NCBI RefSeq assembly: GCF_964355755.1
Contig: NC_092677.1
Coordinates: forward strand, 9,880,101 to 9,944,100
From: Antedon mediterranea
Taxonomy: Eukaryota; Animalia; Echinodermata
Direction: 5' to 3'
DNA: 64,000 bases
Position 1 is the first letter of the stretch, and every line of letters starts with the position of its first letter. Below, one piece after another: positions 41,028 to 53,763 of the stretch. A program made the position numbers and the translations under genes. The notes under the pieces are model-generated. The model was not told the DNA's origin, did no database searches, and was given only the letters and a program-made list of their open reading frames with translations.

Positions 41028-41168
41028 ATCCATTGGAAGGCAAGATGCCAGATTCACCTATAGATGCAGCTCTTGTAAAGCATCCGTCGCAATGCTCACC
41101 AAATATGGTACAAACAAACAACATGGTAGCCTCACATCCTAGGCCAGTGTCAACAGGCTCTTCAACAG
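41028..41168 (+). CDS. RUNX1T1: ETO/nervy exon 2 (contains MPDSP motif)
   Basis: TGTTTAG|ATCC acceptor and CAG|GTAAAT donor; encodes PLEGKMPDSPIDAAL..., like the vertebrate ETO N-terminal MPDSPVD motif; phase 1 to 1. Confidence 0.9.
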
Positions 41169-41565
41169 GTAAATATTCCATTTATCAACTGTGCTTATCT
41201 AAGATTAATACTGGTAGAAAAAACCTAGTTCATTACTTTAGTTTGGGTGTTGCTTTTCTTTTTTTCTCACTTTTTTTTTTCCATTATTTATAAATTGCCT
41301 TTCTAGAAGATCAAATCACAGTACAGAGAGATAACAGAAACCACATACAAACAAATAAATAAGAATGCTACTTTGGGAACAAATACGTTTTTAGTTGTTT
41401 CTTAAAAAGACGAGAACTACGAGCTTGCATACATTTTCACGTTCTACCTTTTCTTTAATCTTGCTTTTAATGTTTTAATACTCTTGTTTTTGGATACTTT
41501 TGCATGAATTCATAACAATTTACCATTTAATTTTATATGTTACTAATATTATGTTATTGTTTTAG

Positions 41566-41771
41566 GAGCACCCGCATTAAATGGTGTACCATCACCGCAT
41601 CACAGTACGCCCTCGCCGCCTGGGCATGTTAACGGTCAGGAATTACCTCCGGCATGCGGTGCAAGGCAACTCAGTAAACTGAAACGTTTTTTAACCACCC
41701 TTCAGCAATTTGGAAATGATATTTCACCCGAGATTGGTGAACGAGTGAGAGGTCTCGTAATGGGACTTGTG
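41566..41771 (+). CDS. RUNX1T1: ETO/nervy exon 3 (start of TAFH/NHR1 domain)
   Basis: TTTTAG| acceptor, GTG|GTAAGT donor; manual translation gives [43 protein letters not shown], near identical to ETO NHR1. Absent from the ORF track. Confidence 0.97.
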
Positions 41772-43712
41772 GTAAGTAACGATTGTTCACATTTATCAAC
41801 ACCATGCTCAAAAGTATCTATATTAAGTAAACAATATTGATTATTAACATTTGCTTTTGCATCAATGGCAACACAAATATTAAACCGAATAAAACAATTA
41901 TTTTTTTAACATATTGTCAATGGAAATTGACTTTCTTAAATTGTTGAAAATAAACAAAATCTCGCTCATGATTTAAGCTGCGTTGAGTAAATGGAAAAGC
42001 TGAATGATAAAAAGTTGTTGTTTTTTTAAAAATAGTATTTTATTGTCCATTTGATCAACAATTTACTTAAATCAAGATTTTAACTTTGTACTGTTGCTTT
42101 GTATAATAATAAATGTTTTCAAATATTTTTTAAAATGCATCGTAACACACAATGTAATTAATAAGATCAATTCTTGGGCATGCTATATTTTGTGCAATGA
42201 AAAACACAATACTACAGATGCAATCCAAAATTGCATTGCGCTATTTTTATACATTTGTAAATGTACAACTAAAGTAAATTTCAAATTGCATTAGCGTCTT
42301 ATTGTTGTGAAATGCACTTCCACGGCAATAAAATCATTTTTACTCGATAATAAATTTCTTTTTTTAGTACTTAATCTTATTGATTGGTCGTTCAAGTGGC
42401 CAGTGTTCTGCAGCTGATGGAATTTTGTACATTTGATACATGTTAGCGAATAATATTGCCAATTGTGGATCAATGAACGAGTAGTTTAACAATAGCTGCG
42501 TACCATTGTGTGCATTTCGTAGCAACGCGACACCTGGCATGCAATTTCAGCAGAGAAATGAGAATGAAATACTTGCATCAAAATTATAATTTTGAGTTAT
42601 GCAAATTATTGTCAATTATGAAGATAATTTGTTGTTATATCCCTAGCGTATGATTTGATTACTAATGTGACTACTATGTACTATAATTAAGCAATATAGA
42701 TTATTTAAACAAAAGCTATGTCACAGTAGCGCACTACACATGGTTTACTTTCCTCTGATGATGGTAATGTGTATGGTATACTAATATTTTCATTCTCAGT
42801 CATACTTGACATAATCCTAATAAAGAAATATCAACACAGTCATCATTTTTATCATTCCTCCATTTTAATAATCTTACTGTAGTTTTACTAATACAGTAGA
42901 ATTTAAAAAAAACCCATCTGGTGTTTTTTTATCACAATTATTATCAAAATACATTTTGTATCGTATATTATAGCACCTTGAAAATATGGATTACAAAACT
43001 ATAATATAAAAATAATGACGTTCCGATCGGTTTTCAATATTTTATCAGAATTTTCTCACTTGTTTTATTTTCTTAATCTATTGAAAATGTAATAAATTTA
43101 ATTGGTTTTTTTTTATGCGTCGTTAAAATCACTCAAGTGCGACCATATTCTATAGTCTTAAAATTCTCTGTAGTGAAAAAAAAATGCATCATAGAATAGA
43201 TACAGTAGTTTGGGAAATGTACCTGCAATTGTGTCATTATTTTATTCCCATTTGGCAACATATTGTGGCAAGCTCGGCTATTGATTGGTTCAATATCATC
43301 ATTGTTCACCGAGTTCTATATTATTAATTTTTTGTTTAAACCTATTGTATTCAAATTTGAAATTTTTGCAGGCTGTTGTCATTGTTGCATGCAAATATAA
43401 ATTTTTTGCTATTTTAAGACTTTTTAATAAAAGCAAATGATTTAAATATTATTTCTCTGTACCAGGCTACTGTCTCAATGCTAAATTTAACAAACAAAGC
43501 AACACAAATGTATGATACAATAAAGGGTATTGCTAAACACTGCAAACATAGAGCAAACCCAATCAATCCAACATAAACATTTCTGAATCGTTTAGGGTTA
43601 AAAAAAAATTAATACATAATTCATTTTTTTTTTTTTTTGCGGGGGTTAGCAGTATCGAAAAAATGTCTATTTTATGCAAATTTGATCAATGCTTAGTTTT
43701 GTTTCTTTACAG

Positions 43713-43802
43713 AATAATCACCTAACAGTAGAAGAGTTTCATAATAAACTACAAGAGGCAACAAATTTTCCACTTCGCCCGTTTGTTATCCCGTTCCTGA
43801 AG
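43713..43802 (+). CDS. RUNX1T1: ETO/nervy exon 4 (TAFH/NHR1)
   Basis: TTTACAG| acceptor, AAG|GTAAGT donor; 90 nt encoding [30 protein letters not shown]. Confidence 0.97.
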
Positions 43803-44100
43803 GTAAGTTATTTAAAATATTAAAAATCAAAACACATGTGTGTTTGGGAAAAAAGCATTACAGACTCATTATGTGTGTAGATAAAGTAATACTGGGATTT
43901 TGCTTCGTTTAATTTTTACCTACTTGTTACCCAACTTGCTGACACACACTATAGGGTAGAACCCCCTCCCCCCCCCCCCCCTGTAATAAACATAAAGTGT
44001 CCCAAAGGGGTCCCAAAAGAGAAGGTTTCAACTGTATTTATTAACATATCACATTTACTGTGTAAGCAATAATTATTTATTCCTTACCATTTTCTTACAG

Positions 44101-44279
44101 ACTAATTTACCATTACTTCAGCGTGAATTAATGCACTGCGCACGTATGGCAAAGATGACGCCTCAACAATACTACATGCAACACGAGAATCAGTTACTCG
44201 GTTCAAAGACCTCGCCGGTTGAAACCGAAGTCCTCATGGATGTGAACGAAAACGGAAAAAGGCGAACGCCAGAAGAAAG
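44101..44279 (+). CDS. RUNX1T1: ETO/nervy exon 5 (end of NHR1, KRRTP basic motif)
   Basis: CTTACAG| acceptor, AAG|GTAATA donor; encodes [18 protein letters not shown]...[13 protein letters not shown]; phase 0 to 2. Confidence 0.96.
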
Positions 44280-44643
44280 GTAATAATTTTGTGAATATTC
44301 ATGAAATGGATGTTAAAATTCAAAGGTCACCTATATATTGTAGTTTTATTTTTTGTGAAATGATGAAATCAATATTTTGGTAATTATCAAATTTTAATAG
44401 TTGAAATAAAATTAATTTGTGCTATGATCCGCATCTGTTTTTATCAGTTTTTGTTGTGTTATTATTTATGGTTTTCATATTAAAAAAGAATATGTCCATG
44501 CATCAACACAAATGTATGTATGTGTTCTAACAAAGAGCTGTTAAAATGAAAGTCTGAAAATAAAACAAGTTAATGTGAAAGACATGTATAATTAATAAGT
44601 ATAAATATTGTGATATTAATATTTTATTGTTTTTTTTTACCAG

Positions 44644-44885
44644 AATATCAAATGGACCTAAAGATCTTCGATCAGAACACAGTGCGGAGCATCCAGCACC
44701 TAAAAGGCGTTGTTCTGGTAGTCCAGGGTCTGGCCATCAGAACGGTCCACCTGGAAACCACTTTTCACATATGCCACCTCACCAAATCCGTATGGAAGAT
44801 TTGGCACATGCACGGGAAATGCGGGATATGAGGGAAAGGTTTGAACGGGAACACGGAGAAAGACACAGGCATTCCTCATTTAGTA
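44644..44885 (+). CDS. RUNX1T1: ETO/nervy exon 6 (NHR1-NHR2 linker)
   Basis: TTTTTTACCAG| acceptor, GTA|GTAAGT donor; encodes EHPAPKRRCSGSPG...HQIRMEDLAHAREMRDMRER; phases 2 to 1 fit both neighbours. Confidence 0.92.
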
Positions 44886-45004
44886 GTAAGTATTAATATC
44901 ATTGATATCGTTGTGATGGTCCTGGATTCTAATCTAGTCCGATTCTTATTATCAATGCCTAGTATAATCATTCATCTCTTTTTTTTTAATTGAAATATTT
45001 TATT

Positions 45005-45138
45005 CATACTTTGTGACCTCTTCAGTCAAAGACAGGTCTCCCAGATGGCCCAGTTATGATCAGTGGCTGTGTGTACCCCTACTCATCTTGAAAGATGTAC
45101 TAGGTTCTTTAAGGTGCACATGAGTTAGATGTGTACTC
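45005..45138 (-). mobile_element. SINE 3' fragment (Deu/Nin-like) in ETO intron 6
   Basis: Reverse complement contains TAAAGAACCTAGTACATCTTTCAAGATGAGTAGGGT, shared with the other SINE copies. Confidence 0.5.
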
Positions 45139-45247
45139 TTCGTCATTCATCATCTTCAAAAGTATTCAAAATCATATTGATCCATAGCCTTTTTTGGATT
45201 GATCAATATATTGATAGATTAAATAATGATGGTTTGATTTTTTATAG

Positions 45248-45321
45248 GTCGTGACCTCAGTTACCCAGATCATCTTTATTTCGAAGGTCGTGGTGAAGAT
45301 GATTGGAAGCATGTTGAGACT
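45248..45321 (+). CDS. RUNX1T1: ETO/nervy exon 7 (start of NHR2)
   Basis: TTTTATAG| acceptor, ACT|GTAAGT donor; encodes RDLSYPDHLYFEGRGEDDWKHVET (compare ETO EEWKHLDH); phase 1 to 0. Confidence 0.92.
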
Positions 45322-45607
45322 GTAAGTATACCAAACTGCCAGTGGCTTGGGCCCCTGGTTCAGAAACCCTAAGTGGCCCTGCTGAAGGCCGATGTTTTCA
45401 GCCTTTTTTTTAAAGCCTGTTGTTTCCTCTGGGCTCTACTCAGGGCCCTGTAGGCTCTGGAGCCCCTGGATTTGGCCAGTAAACGCTCATAGCCGTTATG
45501 TCACACTCCAAACTAACTTACCAAATCACATTGACACAAAGAGACGTTTTGTCTATGGGTTAAATGCCACTGAACATTATTTATATTAAATTTATTTTTC
45601 AATTTAG

Positions 45608-45821
45608 ATGTTGGAGTGCATTGTGGGAATGGTAGACAAAACGAAAAGAGCAATCAACATGTTAAGACAACGAAGTATACAAGACCGTGAAGAACTGGCG
45701 CTGTGGGCGCGGCGCCATGCCGAGGGTACAGAGAATGACATAAAGAAACGAGTCGGTGATATGATGGCGCACACATTCAGGCAAACAGATGACCGTGTCT
45801 CAGACGTAAAACGGCGAGCTG
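45608..45821 (+). CDS. RUNX1T1: ETO/nervy exon 8 (NHR2 oligomerisation helix)
   Basis: ATTTAG| acceptor, CTG|GTACGT donor; encodes MLECIVGMVDKTKRAINMLRQR...DREELALWARR; phase 0 to 1. Confidence 0.95.
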
Positions 45822-47040
45822 GTACGTCACGGATTACATTACAAATGGGTGAATGCATTTCATTGCCGTAGAAAAAAAAACATTAAAAGTAGATTTTCCA
45901 CTATTGAAATTACAATTGGTTTTGAATTGAAATCATGGCATAGTTAATTGACATTCTTTTCAAACTTCAAATATCAATTGTGATAAAATCAAGAACTAAT
46001 TTGCGCTTTCTTCGTGGTGAAATGCACTTATCTCTGATTGTGTTATTTTGGAATTGTTGTAAACTAACTTGGAAAGAAAATGTACTTATTTGTGTCAGGG
46101 TGAAAATCTACTTTTGTTTGTGCTTTTATTTTGCATTTTTTATTTTTAGCCTTTTATTTGATTATTTGCTTGTTTATTTTAATAACGCTTAAAAAAAAAT
46201 AGATGTACAGTAATTGAAAAATGAGTAAGCTATGTATTCTTTTGAATAAGAGAAGAGGTAAACAACCTTCATAGGAGAATGCTCTTCCATTACGCCACCA
46301 AAATATCTATGAATTTCACGGATATTAGTTTCTTTCATATAATTATTTCATACACACATTTTGGGTCTCTTTAACCAATTTTATTGGATTGGATCAAAGT
46401 TTGAATTACTCGTTAACGCCATAAAATTCATGCAAGATATTGATATAAATTTACTGCCCGTGAAATACGACCAGATGGTATCTATACAGTTTTATTGGTT
46501 ATGGACAACAAAATATTACAAAGAAATATTGTAGATCAATGTATGTATTAGTAATTGTTTAAGTGCTAAATATTTATTATTATGGTGTTCATTGCTATAT
46601 TTTTATTTACTTTTCATTGTTGTTTTGTCTGTGTATTATTGTAATATTTTATTATTCACATTTACACACTTTATAAATTAAAAACATTGGTAAATTTGTT
46701 TCATTTTCCGTATAAGGTTTTTTTTAAAAATATTATTAACAAATTATTAATAATTGTCATCCACCACTACTAAGATCATTTTTACTTATTAAACTAAAGT
46801 TTCACCAAATTTCATAGAGCTAACTTTTCTTAGGTTATGATTGATGTTTAAGTGTAATTTATTATAAATTGTTTAGTCTGAATTATACCGCCAGAGTATA
46901 ATCCTACTAAAGGATTCAAAATTGAGACGCAAGACTTTGGTTTTAAAATTCCATTTTTAATGTTCACAACATTTTGTACATAAAACCATAAAAAACGTAA
47001 ACGTAATTGTTTTTAAATACAACATTATTTTATTTTGTAG

Positions 47041-47231
47041 AAGAAGCTGTGAATGAAGTTAAAAGACAAGCTGTAACAGAGCTGCAAAAGGCTGTACAAG
47101 CTGCAGAATCAAAGGCAAACAAGTTAGTTGCAGCAGAACGGGCTAAATTAGATCGTGCGGTTTTAGATGCGAAAAGAACTGCAACAGAAGAGGCACTTAC
47201 CGTAATTAATTCGCAGGATAGTTCAAGTGAG
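47041..47231 (+). CDS. RUNX1T1: ETO/nervy exon 9 (NHR3 coiled coil)
   Basis: TTTTGTAG| acceptor, GAG|GTAAGC donor; encodes [19 protein letters not shown]...INSQDSSSE; phase 1 to 0. Confidence 0.96.
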
Positions 47232-47793
47232 GTAAGCCAATGCACACCACAATAGTGAGTTGTTTGGCAGAACACGTAACTGATGATGCCATAAATTAAT
47301 TTACATAAAGCATTCTTTACCTTTGCGAACATATGCTTTAATGTTTAAGTAAAAATATGAATTTAAATTTACCCCATTTTGAACTTGAGTGTTGCATGTA
47401 CTATGTTATAAATCCCTAATTAAATTTCACATCATTATCCATAACCTTGTGATCTGATGGAAATTCTCTTATGCCATGCTACTGTATTATATAAATATTT
47501 TGTCACCTGTCGGTGTCCTCACCTCGAAGCAGATTGGCCGTCATGAATTTCCATTCTTTCCTCAGCTGCGCCTTTCTCACACACTTCTCATAGCTAATTT
47601 TTGTCCATTCCTTTATGTTGGTTTTCCATGTAAAACGTGGCCTACCTCTGCCTCTTTTTCCGTCTAATATGAAATTCATGACTGACTATGGAAAAAATAA
47701 TGCAGTGAGGTCCCTATCTCTTCTGCATATGGCATGCCACTAGTTACTATATAATATTTTGTAATTCATAATTTATTTTTTTATTTTAAATAG

Positions 47794-48087
47794 AGTTGTT
47801 GGAACTGTGGCCGCAAAGCCAACGAAACATGCAGTGGATGCAATACTGCACGCTATTGCGGTTCATTCTGCCAACACAAAGATTGGGAAAATCACCACAA
47901 AATGTGTGGTAAACTCGCATCACAAAACAATTCTACAGAATCCAGCGCAACAGCAGCCACAACGACGTCACCTGTTCCAACCTCCCCAAGTAAAAACTCA
48001 AGTCCGCCGGATCCTAACACAACCAGTAAGTCGAGATCGTCAACGCCCAACGCGCCAAACGCAACGTCGGTGGAAGCATCGCATTAA
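47794..48087 (+). CDS. RUNX1T1: ETO/nervy terminal coding exon 10 (MYND zinc finger/NHR4 and S/T/P-rich tail)
   Basis: AAATAG| acceptor; encodes [39 protein letters not shown], stop TAA at 48085-48087. The ten exons sum to 1881 nt (626 aa + stop). Confidence 0.97.
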   Translation, partial: SCWNCGRKANETCSGCNTARYCGSFCQHKDWENHHKMCGKLASQNNSTESSATAATTTSPVPTSPSKNSSPPDPNTTSKSRSSTPNAPNATSVEASH

Positions 48088-48279
48088 AACAGACCAGTAA
48101 CTGCCAGAACATGCAACCAATCAATGTTGGTATGCTTTATGAAGGCAATTTTCAACCAGTAATATCTCTAAGCTTAGAACAAATGTAAATTCCATGTAGT
48201 GTAGTGGAGTATCACCATGTGGTATAGTTCTTCCCTACTAAGAATATAAAAGTTACATTATATTATAAGGAAATTTACA

Positions 48280-48285
48280 AATAAA
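48280..48285 (+). terminator. candidate proximal polyadenylation signal AATAAA of the ETO/nervy gene
   Basis: First AATAAA I found after the stop codon; weak evidence in such AT-rich DNA. Confidence 0.25.
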
Positions 48286-51200
48286 TTCATTTAGCTATAG
48301 AAAAGGAGTTATTACATAGAATTAATATAACATTGGCGTTTTGGCACATTTAGTTCTCCCCATTTTGTTTGCAGTAAGCATTTTATACCCAAGTAAAAAG
48401 AAGTTCAATTTATTTTACGACCGAATAGGCATAGAGAAGCATTTTGGGAGACCCTGTTTGGCATGTTCCATTGTGTGTATGTATATAAAATAATTTATAA
48501 TGAGTATTGTTTTTATGTAAAAAAAAATGTAGATCAATAGGTTTTGTTATGTTTATTGAGTTTGTGACCAAACAAAAACTGTCTATGCTGCAACACATTT
48601 CTACAAATGTGTCCCCAACCAGAAATTGATTTTTATGGTCCCTGAATTAGAATAGGGTAGCTTTTTCCTCTCCTTAGCAAAATGGTTTCTGTGTTGCAAT
48701 CCAGCAAAATATGTGGGTAGCGAATGATCGTTTATTGGGTACTGATATATCTGCCTGGGATACCACTAGGGTTGGGGTACTTAGTGGTTCTAACAATAAT
48801 TGTATGTAGATTTGCTATTGGTCAATTTATTATATACAATATAAACAAATTCATCATGGTGTTGGTGATTGTAGGTAACTGCTTATAAATACATTATTAA
48901 ATGTGGTAATTCCTTTGTTATGGTGTGTTCAAGTAGCAGAGGTTATATTACAGTGGTGTAAAAAGCATAAAGGAATATAACCTATAGTATTGCCAGAAAG
49001 CTTCCTACATTTCACCCAATTATATCATTTTATCCTTGTTATATTCATTATATTTGTGAAAGCAAAACACAAAATAATGCGATGCTGTTAACACCCCTTC
49101 CTCATAATAGAATATCCCTTCATATTCCTTTGCACAAGTACATTTTTTTGCGGCTTGTAGATGAATTTGATGGTTAAAACTGTAACAATGCCTTATTTTT
49201 GTATATATATACATATATATATACCAGGTGTATGTGCAATATATATTGTCTATTTTTATTTTATTTAGACTTTAATCTTAGTTTATGTTTGTTTAATCTT
49301 TTTTATTCGTCCTTTTTCAATCCGTCTATACTTTAACATCCAACCTGGTTGTTCTAAATATTGCAAAGGTTTTTCACCTTCTTGGATAATATTTAGTAGA
49401 AAAAATAGAATTATTTTTATTTGAGTCATACAGTATATTTTGCATATATTTATTTGATTTGCCGTTTGGTTAAACATTTGACCAAACATTTTTGGGATTT
49501 ATAATGCTCAAAAAAACTTTTTTTTTTTTAGAATTTTTGTTAATACAGTATTTAGGTCCAAGTTGGATCATGTATTGGTGCTTAAAAATGATGGAAGAAA
49601 TTAAACTAAAAGCTCTATGTGACAAGGCGTGTCAAGTTTATTTAATTGTAATGATCTTTGTCTATTTCCTGAAGCCACTAATTCAGTTTTAGCCTGGTCT
49701 ACAATTGAATCTTTTAAAAAATAACAAAATTGCTGTATATGACCATATATTGCGTTATCATAATCTTATAGTGCCATAGAAACCAGTTATGTTGAAAAAT
49801 AAAAAGGTGGAAAATTGGCTAATTTAACACAAAAAACCTGTACTTTAGTACAGGGATTTTTACCGAAAAATCGCCAAAATATCAAGTTTTTGAAATTCAA
49901 TTATGGAATAATATTGCTGTATATGACCATATATTGCTGTATATGACCATATATTGCTGTATATGACCATATATTGCTCTATATGACCATATATTGCTGT
50001 ATATGACCATATATTGCTGTATATGACCATATATTGCTATATATGACCATATATGGCTCTATATGACCATATATTGCTGTATATGACCATTGCTGTATAT
50101 GACCATATATTGCTGTATATGACCATATATTGCTGTATATGACCATATATTGCTGTATATGACCATATATTGCATTATCATCATCTTATAGTGCCATAGA
50201 AACCAGTTATGTCGAAAAATAAAAAGGTCGATTTTTACCAAAAAATGTCTAAAATATCCGAGCTTTTAAAATTTAATTATTATGGAATAATATTGCTGTA
50301 TATGACCATATATTGCTGTATATGACCATTGCTGTATATGACCATTGCTGTATATGACCATATATTGCTGTATATGACCATTGCTGTATATGACCATATA
50401 TTGCTGTATATGACCATATATTGCTGTATATGACCATATATTTCTGTATATGACCATATATTGCTGTATATGACCATATATTGCTGTATATGATCATATA
50501 TTGCTGTATATGACCATATATTGCTGTATATGACCATATATTGCTGTATATGACCATATATTGCTATATATGACCATATATTGCTGTATATGACCATATA
50601 TTGCTGTATATGACCTTATATTGCTTTATATGACCATATATTGCTGTATATGACCATATATTGCTGTATGTGACCAAATATTGCATTATCATCATCTTAT
50701 AGTGCCATAGAAACCAGTTATTTTGAAAAATAAAAAGGTGGAAAATTGGCTAATTTAAAAAAAAATCCCTGTACTATAGTATAGGGATTTTTACCGAAAA
50801 ATGGCCAAAATATCAAGTTTTTAAAATTCAATTATTATCGAATAATATTGCTGTATATGACCATATATTGCGTTATATATTGCTGTATATGACCATATAT
50901 TGCTGTATATGACCATATATTGCATTATCATCATCTTATAATGCCATAGAAACCAGTTCTGTCGAAAAATAAAAAGGTGGAAAATTGGCTAATTCGCGAA
51001 AAAATCCCTGTACTATAGTACAGGGATTTTTACCGAAAAATGGCCAAAATATCAAGTTTTTAAAATTCAATTATTATCGAATAATAATGCTGTATATTGC
51101 GTTATCATCATCTTTTAGTGCCATAGAAACCAGTTATGTTGAAAAATAAAAAGGTGGAAAATTGGCAAATTTAAAAAAAAATCCCTGTACTATAGTACAG

Positions 51201-51552
51201 GGATTTTTACCAAAAAATGTCTAAAATATCAAGCTTTTAAAATTTAATTATTATGGAATAATATTGCTGTATATGACCATATATTGCTGTATATGACCAT
51301 ATATTGCTGTATATGACCATATATTGCTATATATGACCATATATTGCTATATATGACCATATATTGCTGTATATGACCATATATTGCTATATATGACCAT
51401 TGCTGTATATGACCATATATTGCTGTATATGATCATATATTGCTGTATATGACCATATGTTGCATTATCATCATCTTATAGTGCCATAGAAACCAGTTAT
51501 GTTGACAAATAAAAAGGTGGAAAATTGGCTAATTTAAAAAAAAATCCCTGTA

Positions 51553-51828
51553 TATGATGTAATGTGAAATTGAAATTGTGTAATAAATTAGAGATGTTTT
51601 TGTAAATACCAGTGGTTGGTGAGGAGGCACCAAAAGTTTTCCTGACGAAAAACTAACTTTAAGGGGGAGAGTGTTACGTGTGACGAGAGTCAGGTGTCAC
51701 ATGTCACATGCAAATGAATCAAGTCGCCGGTGGTCAAGTGGACGAATCAGAATGGAGCATGGTGGTGCGCGGTATTTTGGAAAGCTGGGTGTGTGATACA
51801 AAGAAGGGAGTCACTCAGGAGACAGGGC
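51553..51828 (+). mobile_element. probable LTR-retrotransposon fragment (end of internal region, PPT, start of 3' LTR)
   Basis: Unique 276-bp sequence inside the repeat array with polypurine tract AAGGGGGAGAG (51661-51671) directly followed by TGTTACG. Confidence 0.55.
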
Positions 51829-52480
51829 CAGGGATTTTTACCGAAAAATGGCCAAAATATCAAGTTTTTAAAATTCAATTATTATCGAATAATATTGCTG
51901 TATATGACCATATATTGCGTTATATATTGCTGTATATGACCATATATTGCGTTATATATTGCTGTATATGACCATATATTGCTGTATATGACCATATATT
52001 GCATTATCATCATCTTTTAGTGCCATAGAAACCAGTTATGTTGAAAAATAAAAAGGTGGAAAATTGGCTAATTTAAAAAAAAATCCCTGTACTATAGTAC
52101 AGGGATTTTTACCAAAAAATGACTAAAATATCAAGCTTTTAAAATTCAATTATTATGGAATAATATTGCTGTATATGACCATATATTGCTGTATATGACC
52201 ATATATTGCTATATATGACCATATATTGCTATATATGACCATATATTGCTGTATATGACCATATATTGCTGTATATGACCATATATTGCTGTATATGACC
52301 ACATATTGCTATATATGACCATTATATTGCTGTATATGACCATATATTGCTATATATGACCATATATGGCTCTATATGACCATATATTGCTGTATATGAC
52401 CATATATATGACCATATATTGCTGTATATGACCATATATTTCTGTATGTGACCATATATTGTTGTATATGACCATATATT

Positions 52481-53763
52481 CAGGGGCGCAGCCAGCAAAG
52501 AATTAAAGGGGGGGTCAACAAGTATGTGAGTTTTTTGCGAGCGAAGCGAGCAACCATGGGCTGGGGGACAGGGGGCCGCCAAGGGCCCCCGGTTGGGGTC
52601 CAGGGGGCGAAGCCCCCTGGAAGCTTTGGCGGTCTAGGGCAATCTAGATCATTTGAATCGGTTTACGCACAAACAAATAGGACAATGTTAACACTAATAA
52701 ACTGAAACAAAGAAAACAAAAAACAACATTTTTATATTCCAGGCTGCCACAGACAAACACTTTTTTTCTTACTTGTTTGTTGATTTGTGTAGAGAGGCTG
52801 TAAACTCAGGAGGAATTATTTGAATTCCTCCCTTTTCACCAATACAAAAGTTGCATGAAATGAAGAGTAGAGATGCAAAAGTTTGAAAAAAGATATTAGA
52901 ATGATAGCATGGAGTGATATATTATTGAGAACCGTAAGGTTATAGAGTTCATACACTGTGCAAGTCCAAGAAGCTATCTTGGCTCCGTGTGTATGTGAGA
53001 CGCTTATCATACCAAGTACATACAATATTTTGTTTAAAAATATACCTATTTTGTTCGAATGTATAGTATAGGTGATAGCTTATACATAATTGTAATAACT
53101 AACTTCTAAATTATTATCATACATTTTACGTTAGTTACTATAACGGCGCTCTAGACATCTCGTGATGCATCTTTAAACATAAGTTTGGAACATTCTTCTT
53201 GGCTTGGAGACAGAATTCGCGAATGACATTCTCTGTATTAATGTTCATGTTAAAGTGTATGTTCATGAGGCACAATCCCGAAAGCTGCTCATAAGACATG
53301 TAATTTCGCAAACAGGTTTTCGTTCTCCATAAAGTCGAAAAACTCCTCTCAGCTTCAGCAGACGTTACGGGCATAGGCCTACGCGATTAGAAGAAGTGCA
53401 CGCACATTCGGGAACACATCTGGATCCGCTAATTTTACACAGTCGCTTCCATCACTGAAGCTCGGAATGAAGATGTTCGTGTCTTGGCAGATCATCGTAC
53501 CAAATTCAAGTTCCTTGAAGACTTCTTCAACATTACACTTCGATAGACTTGGGTGCTACGCCAAATATGTTAGAGCATGGCCTGTTATCGGCAGAAATGG
53601 GTTTTTAACTCGGTTTGTTGATTTGGTAATACTGCTCGGTAGTAATCTTCCACAGTATCTCCAGGATGATTTGATCTGTATTGTTGTCTCATGTTTTTAT
53701 TTATTTTTTCTAAAAAAAAGGGGGGGTCAGGACCCCGTGACCCCCCCACTGGCTGCGCCCCTG
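52481..53763 (-). mobile_element. deleted hAT transposon with transposase C-terminal remnant, inserted in the 20-bp array
   Basis: Perfect TIRs CAGGGGCGCAGCCAG / CTGGCTGCGCCCCTG; - strand encodes RQQYRSNHPGDTVEDYYR, FPNVRALL and MPVTSAEAERSFSTLWRTKTCLRNYMSYEQLSGLCLMNIH (hAT dimerisation domain) with frameshifts; flanking duplication ATATT. Confidence 0.9.

Noticed and set aside
47030-48100. ORFs 47030-47332 (-), 47807-48100 (+) and similar overlaps at 44610 and 45604
   Set aside because: Antisense or alternative-frame shadows of real ETO exons.
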